NCBI GenBank assembly: GCA_003344405.1
Contig: NOWV01000131.1
Span: forward strand, 124,001 to 188,000
DNA length: 64,000 bases
Reading direction: 5' to 3'
Origin: Trichoplax sp. H2
Lineage: Eukaryota
Made by a program: the position numbers and the translations under genes. Of this stretch, positions 58,155-64,000 are shown piece after piece (position 1 is the stretch's first letter; each line of letters starts with the position of its first letter). A model generated the notes under the pieces. The model had not been told where the DNA came from, ran no database searches, and worked only from the letters and a program-made list of their open reading frames with translations.

Positions 58155-58495
58155 TCAGTAGAACTTAGTACACAGTAGTCATTAAGCCTACAGTGTACAG
58201 TTCGAAACTGAAGTACTGTACGTACTGTTCTGTGATATCATTGGCTATGGAGATGACTACAGTGCAAAGTCTTTCTTTACAGTGTACAGTAAGCATAGTA
58301 CTGTAAAATTAGAAGTACTGAACTGTGTCCACTACTACAGTACAGTACTGTACGGTATGGTCCCTACTGTATACTGTACACTGTACACTATACCCGCACA
58401 GTACTGGACTGCACTGTCACCAACTTGTCACCCAGTTGAGCACAGATTCGTGATACGGTAGTGGAAGTGGGAGAGCAGCGGAAAGAGATTGCAAA

Positions 58496-59511
58496 ATGCC
58501 TTTAAAACCGACTGATGATAGTGAAGATCGAAGTTTAAGACATGTTGAAGAAAATGTACTAATTCCTCAGATAATAAGAAAGCGTGCTGCTAAGCTATGC
58601 AACGTCCAAGCTCAAAGTACGTAAGTTAGGACGAGCATGATGAAGTCAATGGATGCAAGGGTTGGTTGCACGTCTTTTACTCAGCTTGCAAGATCATGCT
58701 TAGTCGTATTCGTTATTATCATATCGCCACTGCCTTGTTATAAACTCTATTTTACAGTTATGATCAACGGATTAATAAGCAAGCGAGACTAAAGGACGTT
58801 GCAATACACGCGTATTCGTTATTTCGTATAATAAACAGTTTCGCAGACTTGTATACGAGTATCAAACATTCACTCAGCAATAGACCAATATGTGTCATAG
58901 CTACAGATGGGCCCTTATTCTAGCCATCAACTCATATGCTTCTATTATGTTCATGGATATTTTGTAGAATTTTTCGATTGCTGTAAGGGCAGAACTGTTT
59001 CAGCAGCATGGGCTTGCCGAGCTGAAGTGAAGATGATGAACGACTGTTTAGCCAAGTAGTAAGTACATTATATTCCACTATCTCCTATTGATGCTACTAC
59101 TTCTAGGAGATAAAGTTGCTGTTCATTTTCACCTTCCGTCCTAGGAAATCAACATATTACTCTTAGTAATTCATAATCTGATACATTGTACTAAAAAATA
59201 GGTCATGGTAATTCTTGGTGTATAAATGATTATTAAGTCATTATTTCACAAACATCTCAAAATGTAGAGATCTTCTTGCTAACATCTAAACTGCCACTTT
59301 TGTGTAAGCTAATTTAGCTGGTATTTGATCAATTTATGATAGCTACACAGATCCAGCTTTCTTCGAGGAGTGTAAAGAAAGTTATCTAGCAGAAAGAGCG
59401 CACTTTCGAAAGACAGGAGTTAATCCAAACAGAGTTAACAGGAGACGTGGTCGGACAAGTAGCTTTGAATCTCCCGAACAAGAAAATACAGAACAGCTTA
59501 GTTCTCAATAA
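58496..59511 (+). CDS. CMC1: COX assembly mitochondrial protein (twin CX9C)
   Basis: Exons 58496-58616, 58968-59058 and 59343-59511 give MPLKPTDDSEDRSLRHVEENVLIPQIIRKRAAKLCNVQAQKFFDCCKGRTVSAAWACRAEVKMMNDCLAKYYTDPAFFEECKESYLAERAHFRKTG...*. Confidence 0.92.
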
Positions 59512-61078
59512 TATACCTACCAATGCGCAATTTTAGCCTTTGGAACAACGCGTAGTTAATGTATCATATCAGTGTTTGTGCTTCATATGTAATATCAGTT
59601 TTAACCGTAATGCCTAGTATATCTTAGGAAATTATAAGAATAATTAATGACAGACACCGCTATTTCACATAGCAATACGCGATGTACTAAAATTCAAAAA
59701 TCATTGGCTAATTTATGGATCGAATACATTTTCCTGACGTACAGCATCAAAGCTTCAGTTTACTTATCAATGAAAATTTCCACCACAAATGACTTCATAT
59801 TCATGTTGCGTTATGCGCTATCAATTGTGTTATTTCAGGTAATCCTCACTGAATTTATAACTATCAATAGAACATAAAATTGCTTTGACGTATCTGTGTG
59901 AGATAAATAATGCTATCGTCTGCAACACTATCGGTATATCTAAAGTATGCGTAATTATAGAAAATTATTCCAACTCCTACAAATCCTGTACTCGCCAGTT
60001 GCGAGTACCATGATATTTCAATAAACCACAAATTTCCACAATGTTGAATCAATTGTGTTAATTTTGAGGCGATGCACCGGTAGCATAGGAAGTTATAGCC
60101 TATCAATTAGAATTACATTTTGGACTATGTTAGCACTCATAGCAGTTGTATAATTATTTTATTTATAAATCTGTTCCATACGTATCCCAATAAATTTTGC
60201 TACCATCGTAATTGCAGAAGAATTGCATATCATAATCACAAGCAGTGATTACGATCATATCAGAATGGATCTAAAATAAGAACATTTACTGGATAGAATG
60301 CCATTTGTAATCTACCTTTTTGAAATGCGATCCGTATTCACAGTGATCAAAAATACTGTAATAATGTGCATGCAAGACATGACAAATATGCCAACTTACT
60401 GTGAAAGCCTGATCTGTGATAATAAGTTTTTACTACTACAATATGAAATGCGTGCTAACGATCACTCCTATTTGAGAGGATAGCATTTTACCAACTTATG
60501 TTTATTTAGAAAAGTCTTTAGTACTTATACTGAATACTAAAAGTACACTGAGCTTAAAATTAAAATTATAAAGGAATTTTTAGTTCTTTATAATACTAAA
60601 ATCATAACTAATTATCTTATAAAAATTAATGAAACAAATATTAATTTCATTATATCTATCTGTCTACCGTAGTATAGATTTACTATTGGCTTAGTTACGA
60701 CCCAACTTACGAGCGTTGAATACTACTTGAAATGCTATTTCTTCATATTTTCATAACATAATGTGCTAGAAACATTAATATATGCAGTAACTTAAATGAT
60801 TAAGATAGTTTACTTCAGCTTTTAATATTTTTAGTTAGCCAAGCTTTCATATTAAGCAGCAATGGCAGTTCATCTACTCAAACCGTTAAGTTTCTTGTAA
60901 ATTGTAATATACTAAAATTGACGTAATACGTCTGATAGTTAAGAAACTGAAAAATATTACTTAGACAGATATGGACATTATGACCGAACAATAATTATGT
61001 CAAGTAATTCTTATCGCAAATTAATACTTGACAATATTAAAAGCGTCAGGATATTGAATTTACTTATAAAATTTGCAT

Positions 61079-63077
61079 TTAAAATTTAGTTATGGTCTGA
61101 TTTTTACGACGAGATAACATAACAGCAAGTATAACTGTTGTCAACATGAAGACACCACACAATACGCTCAATGCAACAGTAGCGATAAATAAACGTTGTG
61201 AGATAACTTGAGATAAGGCAGTCTCAGATGAGATCGTATTCTGCTCAGTCGAAATAAATGAAGCAGTAATCGGCCTGTTTGTGGAGTCATTTGTAGGGTA
61301 ATTTGTAGGTTTACTTGTAGAGCATGGGCGTGAATTTGCTGTAAGAGTAGGCAGGTATTTGTTCCAAAATTCCAATGCAGCTGGTTTGTAATCATTGCCA
61401 GCAGTCGTGGAATTGGAAATCATGATGTATCCTTTCTTGATCAAGTCATACTGTGGCCATTGTGGCGAAGTTAATAGATCATTAGGGTTTCTAAATATTT
61501 AAAAGAAAAATAAGAAAAAATTTAATAAATCGTACTTAATGAATTCAATTGCTATATCAAACCTAAGGGATTATCGATATAGCTCACCCTGTCTTGATGA
61601 AATTTGCCCACATACGCATGACTTTCTTGCTAACAGTTTGATCAATCCCAACAAATTTTTCCGGATACGAACTAGGTGGATTAATAGGATATCCAAACAC
61701 ATAAGAAATTTCTGAAGCGTGAGTAGCACCGTAATATTCTGGAAAGTAGATGGAATTAGCTGGACGTCGATTAAAAACATAAAAATAAGTCGGCAATCCT
61801 TGCTTAACATATTGATTTGCGCATCGTATAGTTGGCGCTAAAAATACAGCATCAGTATTAGCTATACCCATCTGTTCTCGGTTAGCTATTGGTGAGGTAA
61901 TATTATGCCAATCGCTATATTTATATATAATAGCATTAACTGCATTTTGACCAAAGCTTCCATAAGATGCTTGGGCTAGTTGTTTAAAAGTATTTCGGTC
62001 TATGCCATGTGGTAATCCGTTAAAACTATTGAAGGAAAGCGTTCCATCATCTTTAGTTATACCTGTTAAAACTTTTATCTTCTTATTAAACGAGTTATTA
62101 TTCAATAAGGTAACCGGATTATCTGGCAGTAATACCATATCGACAACTGGTTTAAAGGCAAAAAAGCTCGCTTTTAAGAGTATTAATTGAGCATTGAGTA
62201 ACTGTTCAGTTGATAATTCCTTAATACATGTAGAACTAAGCTGGGTGGAACTTCGACTACAATTCGTTACTTGCGCTAACAGATTAAACTGTGCTTGAAC
62301 TTGCAATAGCGTATAGCTTCCAATATCTAATAGTAATGGACCACTTTGTATAATTACTGCACGATAATATGGAAAGCTACTGGGCATGATAGTATGGTAA
62401 GCCACAGAGAATGCGCCAGCAGAATTACCAGCAATCGTTACTCTTTTTGGATCGCCACCAAATCGTTGAATATTTTTAGCTACCCATTTTAGAGCTAATT
62501 GCTGATCCAAGAGACCATTATTAGCCGCAAATTCTCGTTGCGTTCCACTTTCACCACTTGACATAAATCCAAAAATGCCTAACCTGTAATTTAATGTTAC
62601 AACAACAATATTCTCCGAAGCGGCTAGAGTTTGGCCTTGCCACCATGCCCCAGAACCTACAATTAATCGACCACCATGAATCCAGACCAGGACAGAGAGA
62701 TTGCCATCAACACTAGGCTCTGGCGTAAACACATTTAAATATAGGCAGTCTTCATTAATTTGAGATGATGAATCTTGTTGATCTAGCCAAGATATAGGTG
62801 TCTTTTGCGGGCAAGATGCTGAATATTGGCTAGCATTTTTAACACCAGTCCAATTCATACGCAATTCGTTTGGTGGTTGAAATCGCCTTTCATTAATAGG
62901 GGGCATAGCATAAGGTATGCCCCGATATATATAAATATCTTGTCCATATAAATTTACTATTGTTCCAATAACTTGTCCACGATCGGTGTTGACAACGATA
63001 TTACTTAAAGTAAAATTCGGCCAAAATAATACCAAAAGGAATGAACAAATGAAATAATGGATAGCAAAAAGTCTCAT
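61079..63077 (-). CDS. Type-B carboxylesterase/cholinesterase-family type I membrane protein (neuroligin/CEL-like), 2 exons
   Basis: Exons 63077-61588 and 61490-61079 (phase-2 intron; KTG|NPN). Signal peptide, GIPYAMPP, EDCLYLNVF, WIHGG, NYRLG, GNSAG, TKDDG and GATHASEI; then a S/T/P-rich stalk, a TM helix (LFIATVALSVLCGVFMLTTVILAVML) and the tail SRRKNQTITKF. Confidence 0.92.
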
Positions 63078-64000
63078 ATTGGAATCTCTAGTAGTAAGAA
63101 AGTTAAGGTTTAAAACTCAAATGATACATATAGACACTTTAAAGATTTTATTAATTAGCTAATAAGCTTTATCGAATTGTTTACCAATAAGATTCTTATT
63201 TCTACAAACAAATCCTTATAGATGATGGCGACAAGAGAGCCCTGGATTAGCTAAATGCCTAACATGATATTAACGGTTGATGCGTTAAGCTAAATGAAAT
63301 ATTACAGTCGTGAGCTACATAGACGTATTGGTAGTTGTGCAGAGTCATTAAAGTTCTTAATTTTAGCTTAATTAATTTCAGACTGGTTGATTATTCAAAA
63401 TAATGACGCAATTAATTTATGATAATGTTTGTTCATTTAAGTATTTATACGTTCTAGTGCTTAAAATTAAAACGGATGAAACGTGACATATTGGTAACTT
63501 ATTGAATCACAAAGCAACTTATGTATAATATCTACAAAACTTAACCATAGTCTAGTGTAGGAAGCTTAATTTAGGAAAATTATCTTATTGCATGAAACAT
63601 ATATTTTATTTATGCAGTAGTAACAATGTAATATTGATTTGTTGTAAGTCTAAATCTTATAGCTATGTCATTTTCTACGCCGGATTTCATTCTTAAGGCA
63701 AAATGCTCATAGTCGGTCGAAAAATACAGTTTTATCTAAAATAAATTCGTCAGAACGATGAAGCGCTCTAGCTAGAACCTACTCAGGTCTATTTTTACTC
63801 GTCTTCTTCCTTAGCTGTTTGAGGCATTCTCAGCAAGCAATTGATTATGGATCATTGATCTCACTTATCTTTATTCCTTTAATCTGAGTTTTATTTGGTA
63901 TTATTATATTAAAATTTGATCGTATAATTGCAAGCATCAATTATATGATTATTGCTACCAACGATTGATAGAATATGAGAAAATGACTTGCAAACAATCT

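Overview
AT-rich, intron-dense and compact eukaryotic (metazoan) DNA with short GT-AG introns. Gene content, compactness and composition suggest a non-bilaterian animal such as a placozoan; this is an inference, not verified. I assembled spliced genes by hand from splice sites and reading frames. In order: ELP6 (partial, -), a CCDC60-like gene (+), UNC45 (-), LSM6 (+), PSMD14/RPN11 (-), NOL6/UTP22 (+), STAM (-), ZNF706 (-), RPS8 (+), a long uninterrupted membrane-protein ORF (-), SF1/BBP (-), CMC1 (+) and a membrane-anchored carboxylesterase (-). Main observations: (1) The CCDC60-like gene carries three tandem Tec/Btk-type PH + Btk zinc-motif modules spliced in frame into its middle, followed by an exon rich in PKA sites, with an RFX X-box upstream. 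(2) Promoter regions are saturated with TA(CAG/CTG)TA units. A triplicated promoter repeat shows these units were added in 5-bp steps at TA dinucleotides, which matches the canonical Tc1/mariner excision footprint. (3) A TA-flanked MITE of about 0.5 kb with 26-bp TIRs. (4) An esterase with neuroligin-like architecture but an intact catalytic triad. (5) A candidate poison exon and a structured H/ACA-like RNA in RPS8 intron 1. All homology calls rest on recalled family motifs; no database searches were run.
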